DNA of 63,623 nucleotides, filler included. It is 6 parts of 6 records of this genome, joined end to end, with 100 filler letters (N's around TTAATTAATTAA, not from the genome) between each part and the next. Parts side by side here need not be neighbours in the genome. Positions count along the whole stretch, not along the records: positions 1 to 20,936 come from SRR31147125_2723; 5 more parts are not named here. One strand, written 5' to 3'. A program made the position numbers and the translations under genes. The notes under the pieces are model-generated. The model was not told the DNA's origin. It saw only the letters and a program-made list of their open reading frames with translations, and made no database searches. Shown in pieces: positions 8,687-17,688 of the stretch (position 1 is its first letter; each line of letters begins with the position of its first letter).

Positions 8687-10246
8687 TTATTCATAACAGA
8701 ATGGTGTCCATTCTCTGTTTATTATTATTGTTATCTTTGTTCCCTTTTTGGGTTTTGAATCTACTTCGATTTTAGCATTATGTCCGTCTATAATTCTTTT
8801 TACAATGCTCATTCCTAGCCCAACTCCGGTGGTCTTTTTTGTGAAAAAAGGCTGAAAAATATTCTGAGTCGAGCATTCATCCATTCCAATTCCATTATCT
8901 GTTATAGAAATAGAGATTTGGTCTTGGTTGTGAGTTTTAGTGCTTATCATCACTTTTTTGTTTTTGGGATCTAAGCTGTTAACAGCATCCTTTGCGTTCA
9001 GAAGGATATTTGTAATAGCTTGTTCGATTTGATTTTTATTAACATAGCACTTGAGCGGTTCCTCAGAAAGATTCGTTGTGAAGGCGATATCGGAAACCTC
9101 AAACTGTTTTTTCATAAGGTCGATAGTTGCTTGAATTACCTGATTTATGTCAACCTTCGTTATTGCCTCGTCACTCTTTCTTGTGAAGACTCTGAGCCTA
9201 TTGATTGTCCCTGAAATCTTCTTAGTATTGGTTATTATATTAGATAGAGCTTCTTTGACTTCTTTCTCCGATATTTCATTTTTTCCAATATCAGAAAATA
9301 TCTCTTCAACATCAATTTTTATAGAGCCTAAAGGATTGTTGATTTCATGAGCCATCTCTGCGGCCATTTGACCTATTGTGGTGAGCTTGCTTGATTGAAT
9401 AAGTTGCGCCTGAGTTTCATTTAGTTCTTTATTTAATAATTCTAGGTCATTAACTTTTTTTGCTAATGTCTCTTGTGACAGCTTGAGTTCTTTCTCAGTT
9501 TCTTTCCGTTCTGTAATGTCTCTTGCAATGGTTATGATTGTTGGTTTTTCATCATATTCAATTGTTTTAGAGTTTAGCTCCACAGGAACTCTGCTACCAT
9601 CTTTTTTACCTAGTGTGGTTTCAAAAATGGCGTGACCTGTTTTTTGGAGTTGAGATATCCTTTTCATTGCAGTTTGAGGGTCGCCCAGATCTCCAGGTTT
9701 CATGCTCAAAAACTCGCTTTTTGTGAACTGAAAACGTTCAATTGCAAGTTGATTGACATCTATAAAATTTCCTGAGAAACCATGTAAGAAAATTGGGTCG
9801 GCAGCATTGTCAAACAGAGTTCTATAACGTTTTTCAGACTGGAATAGGGCTTGGTTGGCGAGTTTTTTGTCGGTTATATCCGTCATTACGCCGACTATCC
9901 CCATTATATTGTCTTTAGAGTCTTTGAAAACAGACTTTCTAAAGAGAACGTCGTGTTCTATACCATCCGAATACAAAACTTTCGATTCGTAGGTTTGGTT
10001 TCCGCCATATTTGATGAGTTCTTGATCTGCTTTGTGGTATATATCAGCAAGACTTCTTGGTGAAATGTCATATGCCGTTTTGCCAATAATTTTATCTCTT
10101 TTAAGGCCAATGAAATCTTCAAATGCTTTGTTGCATTCAATATAGATGCCTTCTTTATCTTTAACAAAGACAGGATTAGGTACAAGATCCAATAAAGCTT
10201 CATTTAATAAAGATATTTTATAGCTTTTTGATTGCTGTTTTTCCAT
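8687..10246 (-). CDS. Cytoplasmic PAS-PAS sensor histidine kinase (NtrB-like)
   Basis: Two PAS/PAC domains ending in DITD and DITERK; AHEINNPL, NILLNA, DNGIG and GVGLG. Confidence 0.92.
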   Translation of the reverse strand: MEKQQSKSYKISLLNEALLDLVPNPVFVKDKEGIYIECNKAFEDFIGLKRDKIIGKTAYDISPRSLADIYHKADQELIKYGGNQTYESKVLYSDGIEHDVLFRKSVFKDSKDNIMGIVGVMTDITDKKLANQALFQSEKRYRTLFDNAADPIFLHGFSGNFIDVNQLAIERFQFTKSEFLSMKPGDLGDPQTAMKRISQLQKTGHAIFETTLGKKDGSRVPVELNSKTIEYDEKPTIITIARDITERKETEKELKLSQETLAKKVNDLELLNKELNETQAQLIQSSKLTTIGQMAAEMAHEINNPLGSIKIDVEEIFSDIGKNEISEKEVKEALSNIITNTKKISGTINRLRVFTRKSDEAITKVDINQVIQATIDLMKKQFEVSDIAFTTNLSEEPLKCYVNKNQIEQAITNILLNAKDAVNSLDPKNKKVMISTKTHNQDQISISITDNGIGMDECSTQNIFQPFFTKKTTGVGLGMSIVKRIIDGHNAKIEVDSKPKKGTKITIIINREWTPFCYE

Positions 10247-10308
10247 ACATGATGGTTTTTAGCATATTAGACAGAATATTGCATTATGTAATATTGGGCT
10301 TACATTAT

Positions 10309-10899
10309 TTAGAAAAACCAGCGGCATGTGACTCTGACTAGCGGCAAAAGCACGTTTTCTCCTGCAATTCTGGTATAGTCAAATCCAACCTGAGGAGAAA
10401 TTGCAAAATTATCTCTTAAAAAGAAATTATAACCTCCACCAGAAGTCACTGTAAAACCATGGCTGCTTTTGGCGTTTGTTCTGACTGGAGAATTGAATTT
10501 TTGTCCGTTTGAAGTCCAAAGATATGTATACCCAACACCCGCAAAGAGGAAGAAATTGTAGTCCAAATCTAGTTGAGCAACAGGCACAACGGGTACAAAA
10601 ATATAGTCGACTTTTAGATCTCTTGTATAGAGCATATCCGTTCTTAAATATGCTGAAAAACGTCGATTAAACTTGAAACCGATTTGAGTTGTTCCGCCAC
10701 CGATTACGGTCATTAGCTTGTTAGTTTCATAACCGAGTGTTAGGCCTGCGCCACCAAAAAAACCTCTATGATAGTCCTCGTCAGATGCGTATGTGTATTC
10801 CTCTTCATACTCTTCGTATGAGTCTGCAACCGCTTTTCCAATGTTTAAACTTAGAGTTAAGATAAATATAAGTGAAAAGAGTACTACTTTTTTCATCAA
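10309..10899 (-). CDS. Outer-membrane beta-barrel protein (8-stranded type)
   Basis: Signal peptide, alternating beta-strand pattern and C-terminal aromatic WFF. Confidence 0.7.
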   Translation of the reverse strand: MMKKVVLFSLIFILTLSLNIGKAVADSYEEYEEEYTYASDEDYHRGFFGGAGLTLGYETNKLMTVIGGGTTQIGFKFNRRFSAYLRTDMLYTRDLKVDYIFVPVVPVAQLDLDYNFFLFAGVGYTYLWTSNGQKFNSPVRTNAKSSHGFTVTSGGGYNFFLRDNFAISPQVGFDYTRIAGENVLLPLVRVTCRWFF

Positions 10900-10914
10900 T
10901 TCCCCCTGGATGAT

Positions 10915-11811
10915 CTATTTGGTAATTAATTTATTCAATTGTCTGTCAGCCGTTGATCTATATCCGATAATAGTAAATGGCTGAGAGTTTAACAACTCTT
11001 TATATTTTTTCTCTTTTGATTTTTTAATGTACTCGATGTTGAAGATCTTTTTGTTGTATTCTGCAAATTTTTCAAGAAGTGTAAGTCGATAATCACGATC
11101 GGCTGCCGTTGTATTAAAGAAGAGGCTTTCAACACCGACAGCGTTAATAGTCTTTAGAAATTTTGCTGTAGCTTCTAGTGATGCATCATTAATTATTCCT
11201 AATCCGTTTTGAGGGCAGATAATAAAAGACTTTCCTGCCTTCTTTCTTGTGTAGTCTGCAATTTTGACAAGAAGTTTTACCATTTGATCAGCAGCTCCTT
11301 TTACACCCATCTTCTTGTCGTGACCCCAATAGTAGTATGCGTCGATAATATCGAGGTATACTCCATCAAAGCCTGCTGCTATTATCTGATCTAAGTAAGG
11401 CTTTAATACATAGTCAAACCATCCTTCTTCCCAATATTTAATTTTATAATTACCTTTCCATTCCGGATTTTCAGGTCCAATGAATTTTGGTTTCTTTTTG
11501 TTCCAGGCTGGATTCCAGTAGAACCTATAGTCTTCAGCTTCACCAATGGAAAGATAGGCGAGAACAATTTTGCCTTTCTTCTTTATCTTTTGAATCTCTG
11601 TTTTGGTGAAAGCATTAGGGTTTGTTCCATCCTTTGAATAATCTATCACTAAAAGATCAAAAGGGGATTTAATTAGCGTATTAAGGTTGATATTTTGGAG
11701 TTGGTAGCCCCAATTGTTGACACGATTCAAAGATTTTGCTGAGGCACAAAATGTAATTAATAGGGTTGCTACTATAATAGATAGTAGTGAGATCTGTTTG
11801 TATATTTTCAT
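10915..11811 (-). CDS. Secreted TM1410/MJ1477-like glycoside hydrolase (GH114/PelA-like alpha-1,4-galactosaminidase fold)
   Basis: WGYQLQ, AYLSIGEAEDYRFYW, GFDGVYLDIID, PQNG and GVES; signal peptide. Confidence 0.85.
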   Translation of the reverse strand: MKIYKQISLLSIIVATLLITFCASAKSLNRVNNWGYQLQNINLNTLIKSPFDLLVIDYSKDGTNPNAFTKTEIQKIKKKGKIVLAYLSIGEAEDYRFYWNPAWNKKKPKFIGPENPEWKGNYKIKYWEEGWFDYVLKPYLDQIIAAGFDGVYLDIIDAYYYWGHDKKMGVKGAADQMVKLLVKIADYTRKKAGKSFIICPQNGLGIINDASLEATAKFLKTINAVGVESLFFNTTAADRDYRLTLLEKFAEYNKKIFNIEYIKKSKEKKYKELLNSQPFTIIGYRSTADRQLNKLITK

Positions 11812-11935
11812 GGATTTCCCCCAAAAAAGTTGAAGAATAATAGCATATTATGCCGAAATATTGCCAGATTTTAGTCTTTTTTGGCAAAAAATGCCATCAA
11901 ACCCACGTGGATAGTGAATATTTGTGAAAAAACAC

Positions 11936-11963
11936 GCAACTAATTAATTAGAGAGGGCGATAG
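11936..11963 (+). promoter_or_regulatory. sigma28-like promoter GCAAC-N15-GGCGATAG
   Basis: Match to the recurring contig A motif, upstream of 12058. Confidence 0.5.
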
Positions 11964-12057
11964 TTAAGGGAATTAAATGAAGTTAAAAAAAACTTGCGTT
12001 TATTTGATATAAACACTAGATGGAGAGCTTCGTTTTTTAAAACAAAGGAGAGGGAAT

Positions 12058-14016
12058 ATGAAGTTAAGAGTATTACTATTTGCAGTATTGATTGCATTTC
12101 TTGCTGCACCAATTTATCCGACGGTGATGGGTTGCGGAGGAAGTGGAAGTGCGGCTCCAGTAGATCCGGCAGCTAGTGAAACCCCAGATGCCGATTTCGA
12201 TGGTGACGGTATTACTAATGCCGATGATCCTGACGATGATGGCGATGGTGTCTTGGATGTTGACGATGTCTTTCCATTTGATGCTGATGAATCATCAGAT
12301 TTTGATGGCGATGGTATCGGCGACAACGAAGATACAGACGATGATAATGATGGTGTAGAAGATGATGATGATCTTGATAGTCAGGATGCTGATCTTGGAA
12401 GTCCTTTAGATGCTGTATGGGTCTCTCAGACAGAAGGTGCTCCAGGCGCTGAAGGTACAATTGATGATCCTGTAGATACAATTAATGAAGCTTTGACAAT
12501 TGCTGCGGCCGAAGGCCTTGATGTCTATGTTGTTGAAGGAACCTATGCAGAAGATGTTGAACTGACCGATGGAATTTCACTCTTTGGTGGTTTTAGCTTG
12601 CTAACAGACGAAACAAGAACCAGAGATGCTGAGAATAATGTTACAGTTATTGAAGGTGATGCAACAGGCCTCTTTAGTTTTGAGTTTGAACATGAAGGCC
12701 CAATGGATATCCCTTTTACAGTCTTGATCGATTCTTCAGATTCAATTTTAGATGGATTCACCGTTCAAGAAGATGATTCAGCTGGAAATATTATGGTCTA
12801 TAACTCTTCAGCAACTGTTAGAAATTGTGTAGTTAATGGTGTTGATTCGGGTCCTAGAGATATGGCGATGCAGATTGCCATAATGGTTGATGGTGACTCA
12901 ACAAAGGATCAGTCTGTAACAATTAGCAATAATATAGTTCATATGCCAGATTTAGATGGTGCACCTGATAGTAAAAATATTGGTGTTATGGCCGTTCCAT
13001 CTAACTTAGGTGATGGGTTGCTTGAGGTGAATGTATTAGATAATACAATTACCAGCACAGGTGGATCTGAGATGGCCATTGCTATTTATGCAGCTGATAA
13101 TGATTCGGATCCAACTTCTGATGAGTCAGATGGTAAACTCGATATTGATTTGGTTGCCAAGAGAAACGAAATTAATATGAGTGGCGAAACTGATTATGCT
13201 GTTGCCATCGGCGGCGGTGTTTTGATGGAAGCACATTTTCTTCCACCAAGTGAAGAAATGAATAATATTAATAGTATGAATATTTCAGAAAATATTATCA
13301 GTTTTGATTTCCCAACAGCTGCAACAGATATTGCGATAGGTGTTGAGGCGGGTCTAGTTAGAGAAAGTTCAGATATTTATAATAATGTTATTTCAGGAAA
13401 TAGTGAAGAAGCTATGTTGGTTTCTTTTCTAGCCATTGTTGCTCCCACAAATTACTATAATAACACCGTGAGCTTTGAATCTGTAACTGGCGGTGCTGTC
13501 GGGTTCTATTTGCTTATGGCAGATAATGGGCCTGCTACAAATTATAGCTCTTCACTTGGAAACATTAATAACAATATTATTGATTTAACCGTTACTGGTG
13601 GAGCTTGTGATGCAGTCGTTGGTGGTATCGAAATGTTGACTGAGGGAAGTGATACTGAAGAGACTCGTTCACGTTTAAGTCCGAAAGAGTTCTATAATAA
13701 TGACATCATTCTTAATGCATCATGTGGTGACATGGCTACATATGTTGATTATCTAGCTGGTGGCGGAATGAATTTTATTGCTACAGTTGAGGATCTAAAT
13801 GCAAAGACAGGTTTTGATGCAACTGATCCAATGTTGGTCGGTGGTAATATTTCAGAAGATCCAATGTTTACAAATGCTGCTACTGGAGACTATACACTTC
13901 AATCAGGTTCACCATGTGTTGATACTGGTTATGACTTGGGTGAAGATTGGGTTGATATCTTAGGTGTTTCAAGACCGCAAGGCGATGCCTTTGATATGGG
14001 TGCTTACGAACAGTAA
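12058..14016 (+). CDS. Acidic surface lipoprotein: thrombospondin type-3 Ca-binding repeats, beta-helix region and choice-of-anchor-Q-like C-terminus
   Basis: Lipobox VMGC; DFDGDG..DxDDDGDG repeats; GTIDDPVDTINEA..EGTY; DYTLQSGSPCVDTG...RPQGDAFDMGAYE. Confidence 0.85.
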   Translation: MKLRVLLFAVLIAFLAAPIYPTVMGCGGSGSAAPVDPAASETPDADFDGDGITNADDPDDDGDGVLDVDDVFPFDADESSDFDGDGIGDNEDTDDDNDGVEDDDDLDSQDADLGSPLDAVWVSQTEGAPGAEGTIDDPVDTINEALTIAAAEGLDVYVVEGTYAEDVELTDGISLFGGFSLLTDETRTRDAENNVTVIEGDATGLFSFEFEHEGPMDIPFTVLIDSSDSILDGFTVQEDDSAGNIMVYNSSATVRNCVVNGVDSGPRDMAMQIAIMVDGDSTKDQSVTISNNIVHMPDLDGAPDSKNIGVMAVPSNLGDGLLEVNVLDNTITSTGGSEMAIAIYAADNDSDPTSDESDGKLDIDLVAKRNEINMSGETDYAVAIGGGVLMEAHFLPPSEEMNNINSMNISENIISFDFPTAATDIAIGVEAGLVRESSDIYNNVISGNSEEAMLVSFLAIVAPTNYYNNTVSFESVTGGAVGFYLLMADNGPATNYSSSLGNINNNIIDLTVTGGACDAVVGGIEMLTEGSDTEETRSRLSPKEFYNNDIILNASCGDMATYVDYLAGGGMNFIATVEDLNAKTGFDATDPMLVGGNISEDPMFTNAATGDYTLQSGSPCVDTGYDLGEDWVDILGVSRPQGDAFDMGAYEQ

Positions 14017-14042
14017 GATTTAAAAAGAAAAATGAATTTCAG

Positions 14043-14076
14043 AAAGGGATGTATCGCTAGATGCATCCCTTTTTTT
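14043..14076 (+). terminator. Rho-independent terminator
   Basis: AAAGGGATGTATC-GCTA-GATGCATCCCTTT followed by a T-run, after stop 14016. Confidence 0.85.
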
Positions 14077-14079
14077 ATC

Positions 14080-14200
14080 GTTCTCGACTGCGCTCGAACA
14101 ATATTATTGTGTCCCTAACGTATAAAAGTCACAGTTTATTTCCCCTCCCTTTTCACCACCGATAATATCATTTATATGTAGGTGGATCAGCCTCTGGCTG
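14080..14200. repeat. Short REP-like palindromic motifs
   Basis: GTTCTCGACTGCGCTCGAAC (14080-14099) and CAGCCTCTGGCTG (14188-14200) between convergent genes; single copies here. Confidence 0.35.
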
Positions 14201-14247
14201 AGAGGGTGCGCAAGCCCCTAGAAAGTGTATTTCGTTTTAATATAAAT

Positions 14248-16082
14248 TTACTCTGATTTGTAACGTACTTGAAAGAGTTCTTCAATCTGATGAAATTGAT
14301 CAGGGGATATCTCTTTTTGTTGAGCAGTTCTTTTAGAATATGTCTCGTCTGCATACTTGCAGGATGTTTCGTAGTATGTAGAGTAATACCATTCAGCGTT
14401 AACCCACCTAAAAGCGCTAACGACAAATGAGAGGTCTTTACAGTCAGGGACCTCATTGTTATAGGGGATAAAAAAGTTTAGTCGTTTAGAGATATCGTAT
14501 TTAGAAAGAGTTTCAGTAATATTGAATGCAAATCTCTTTTCTTCGTAATTGGCACCTTGTTTAAAGCCCGATATTAAAGGTGTTGAGCAGTGTGGTTTTT
14601 CCGTTTCCTTACACAGACTTGCTGGCTTGAATGAGGAAAATTTACTTATAGGCTCCTCAAGAACTTCACAGGCTTTGGCTGTTAGCTGATTAGGGGTTTT
14701 ACTTCTTTTACCAAAAACTAAATTTACAAGTCCAACCAGCATGGATGAAAAGTTAAAAGAGGTGAGTTTTGATACTTTGTTATCTTTAATTAAGTAAAAC
14801 ATGAGGCCATATTGATGATCCCAATTAATTGCTATCGATTTACCTTGAGAGTTTGATAATTCTGAGTAGAACTTAAAAGAGTCGGTTAAAAGATTAATGG
14901 TAGTTCTGTAACCATTTGCTTTGGAGCTAACCCTTAATCCACCGCTACCAAGAGAAAGCTTTAGACTAGAATCAGCGTTCTTTATTAGAGGTCGCAAGTA
15001 GTTTGAAATGCTCTCTGAGTTCGTCGAGAATCCTATTTTTGTGTTTTCATGAGTTAATTCAATGGAGAGTTCGTTAAAATCTATTGGGTTCTTTGTAACC
15101 TTTAATGCTTTCTTGCTTAAGAGTGTATGGCCTTTTACTTTTTCACGAGTAAGTGGAGAACATTCTTCTTTATTATCTCTTAAACAGTCCTTGTTGACTA
15201 GTGCTACTGCTTCTGCATAATCCTCGATGCTTGAATTAATGGTTCCGACATATTCATTGTTTGTTTCGAGAAGTAATCCTGGAATTGAATCCTCGGTATA
15301 CGCAATATTGTATACGTGGCCAGGAGTATGAAATCTTTCGATTGTAAATAAAGGATTTCCATTAGCATCTTGAATGCTAGAGAGGATCTGTTCGGCTATG
15401 TATTGGAAGCCTCCGCAGTCAATCCTGATTCTTCCGTCAGAAGTGGATGATAGAGATTCGAGGGAGCCCCATCCCTGAGATAGTCATCATCCAAATCTAC
15501 AGTTGGGTGAAAGAAAGCATTTTCAAGATAATCTCTTAGATCAATGGCCAGTCTTTCTAAATCAGCTTCCGAATTAATGTTCCCATTGTATTTATTTTGA
15601 AACCATTGAATGATTCCAGGAATATCATGAAGTGGTTTGCCAAATTTTAGCATGGCTTTAAATTTTAAAAAAGATGTCATCATGTGTTGTTTCTTGGATG
15701 AATCATCAAAAAATTCTGTAAAGAAAATAGAGGATTTGGGGCCTTGCTCTGGTTCTAAAAAGAGACTTCTGAATTCATCATTGTTAAAGAAAATCCATTC
15801 ATTCTCTGGAACTGCTTTTTTGTAGATATCGCTGAAGTGGCCTAAGTCAAAATCTACATATCCGTCATCGTCTCTATCTTGAACAAGGATTTCGTCATAC
15901 AGGATATCTGAAGAAATCCCGAATGTCTCAGATATCTGTATTGTAGCCTTATCGATTGCTTCTCTTATACCACCTGGAAACCTGCTTGCGTGGTATTTGA
16001 ACCCAGCTTCAAGAATGTTTGGATAGAAACCGTGTTCAAGAGGCTTGTATTCCTCAAGATTTTCATAAATAGCACTGATCAT
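14248..16082 (-). CDS. Orphan ~611-aa protein with putative transglutaminase/papain-like Cys-His domain, split by a 1-nt frameshift near 15420-15483
   Basis: The 14248 frame stays open upstream to 15483 and reads IDCGGFQYIAEQIL...TPGHVYNIAY. It overlaps ORF 15396-16082, and adding one base joins them. EF-hand-like DRDDDGYVDF in the N-terminal part. Confidence 0.65.
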
Positions 16083-16091
16083 TGCAAGATT

Positions 16092-16119
16092 GCTTCGGCT
16101 ATGAATTCAGAAAAGTTGT
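16092..16119 (-). promoter_or_regulatory. sigma28-like promoter ACAAC-N15-GCCGAAGC (near-leaderless transcript)
   Basis: Shares CAACTTTTCTGA and GCCGAA with the divergent site at 16268; ends 9 nt before ATG 16082. Confidence 0.65.
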
Positions 16120-16267
16120 TAACTTTTTCATAGATATATTTGAAAGTCTTGAAAGGCGGGTAACTATACGATATTGTTGTGTTATTGTGTTCGGCTTTGT
16201 GTGCAATTTCATTTTATCATATGTTCTGTTTTGAACACATAAAAGTAGAATAAGTAGAGAAAAAAAG

Positions 16268-16294
16268 GCAACTTTTCTGACGCAGTGCCGAATC
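16268..16294 (+). promoter_or_regulatory. sigma28-like promoter GCAAC-N14-GCCGAATC
   Basis: Motif lies 41 nt upstream of ATG 16336 (GAGG RBS). Confidence 0.7.
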
Positions 16295-16335
16295 ACTAGT
16301 AAGACAGTGCATATCTGTATGCAGAGGATTAATTT

Positions 16336-17622
16336 ATGGCATTTGATGTTATGAATAAAATAGTATCGTCTTCGAGCCAAACCGGAGTTAGCAAGGCTAC
16401 TTCTGGCGGGCAAGTCAGTGCCTCTTCAACAGTTACAAAAGCTTGCAAGGCCAAAGAAACGTCAGCAGAATCCTTTCACAGTGTATGTGAGCAGACTTGC
16501 TTTGTTGAGAATTTCTTTTTTGATGATTATATCAGAATGATGACTGATTGGTCCTATTTTTCTGCAGCCGGGGGGTCAACATTTGATGGTACAGATGTAG
16601 GGTCTCTACCAGACGATGAAGAGATCACAGAAAAAGTTAAAACTGAAAATAAATCTAGTTCAGGTTCGTCAGAGTTGTCACCTAAATCAAGATTATCGAA
16701 GCCTGTAAAAAGTCTGAATGCTGAAAACATCTCTGAGAATAGATTAAAAAAAGAACAGACCCTAGAACCTAAAACAGAGATTTCAAAAAGTGAACGAGGT
16801 TTGGTAAAGAGTTTTCTTGAGGGATTGAAAAAGCCTTTCTCAATGAAGGGGACTGCTGGAGTAGGTAAACAGCTTCAAGGAAGTAGTTCAGAAGTTCAAG
16901 ATAATAGTCCAAATAAGAAAGATCAGTTGAAAAGAGTAGCGTCTGCCATTCGTAATTTGTCTGGACAAGGTAAGATAAAAGAACAAGCCAGTGTGATAGC
17001 TGCGAAATCCAATTCAAAACTTAAGGGAAAGAAAAAGGGAAGAATTTGGAAGTCTTTAGTTTCAAAGAATGTAACAACTTTAAAGCAGAAACCAAATCTT
17101 GGTGCAAAAATTGATCAGCCTAGAAGCCAAGTGCTGAATCGTGATGTTGCTAGAATGCTGCATCATGCAAAGAGCTGTATGCAAAATGGTTCATCACTTC
17201 TCACATCAAATCTAGATGCCTTAAGTGATGGTGCGCTGTTGCTACAGGCAAAATTGGCGCAGCAGATTCTTAAAAAAGGTCGAAGTTCAGCAAATAAAGC
17301 TTTTATAACTAATAGCGGAAAAGTTGCAGTATCAAATCTAAAGGCTACAATGAGTCTGCAGGTGGCAGATAAGATTTCAAGACTCCTCCTACCTGAAAAT
17401 GAAGGTGAGATGGTTCGTTTTTTGCGACTTCAGAATGTTTTGTCACAAGAGCTCAAATCAGCAGATGTTGCAGCTCTTTATAGTTACTACTATGGTTCTC
17501 AGGAAAGAAATGGAGATGAAAGAGGCGGTTTTGCTGATCAGTCTTCAGAAGAAGATTTTGCCATAAAAGATTATGGCGAATATATGGTGAATGGTGCTTT
17601 TCAATTATACTATTTAGCGTAA
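16336..17622 (+). CDS. Orphan Ser/Lys-rich, probably largely disordered protein
   Basis: 428-aa ORF with RBS; no signal peptide; S/T-rich N-terminus. Confidence 0.8.
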   Translation: MAFDVMNKIVSSSSQTGVSKATSGGQVSASSTVTKACKAKETSAESFHSVCEQTCFVENFFFDDYIRMMTDWSYFSAAGGSTFDGTDVGSLPDDEEITEKVKTENKSSSGSSELSPKSRLSKPVKSLNAENISENRLKKEQTLEPKTEISKSERGLVKSFLEGLKKPFSMKGTAGVGKQLQGSSSEVQDNSPNKKDQLKRVASAIRNLSGQGKIKEQASVIAAKSNSKLKGKKKGRIWKSLVSKNVTTLKQKPNLGAKIDQPRSQVLNRDVARMLHHAKSCMQNGSSLLTSNLDALSDGALLLQAKLAQQILKKGRSSANKAFITNSGKVAVSNLKATMSLQVADKISRLLLPENEGEMVRFLRLQNVLSQELKSADVAALYSYYYGSQERNGDERGGFADQSSEEDFAIKDYGEYMVNGAFQLYYLA

Positions 17623-17688
17623 TATATCTCTTCACATCTTCCTGAAATATTGTTAGATGGTCCTCCACTGTAATGGGGGAGATAAATT

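Noticed and set aside
14158-14166. ACCGATAAT as a sixth sigma28-like promoter
   Set aside because: It has no CAAC -35 at the right spacing and no downstream sense gene.
16099-16413. 104-aa minus-strand ORF
   Set aside because: It overlaps gene 16336 and both divergent promoter motifs, and has no RBS or motif.
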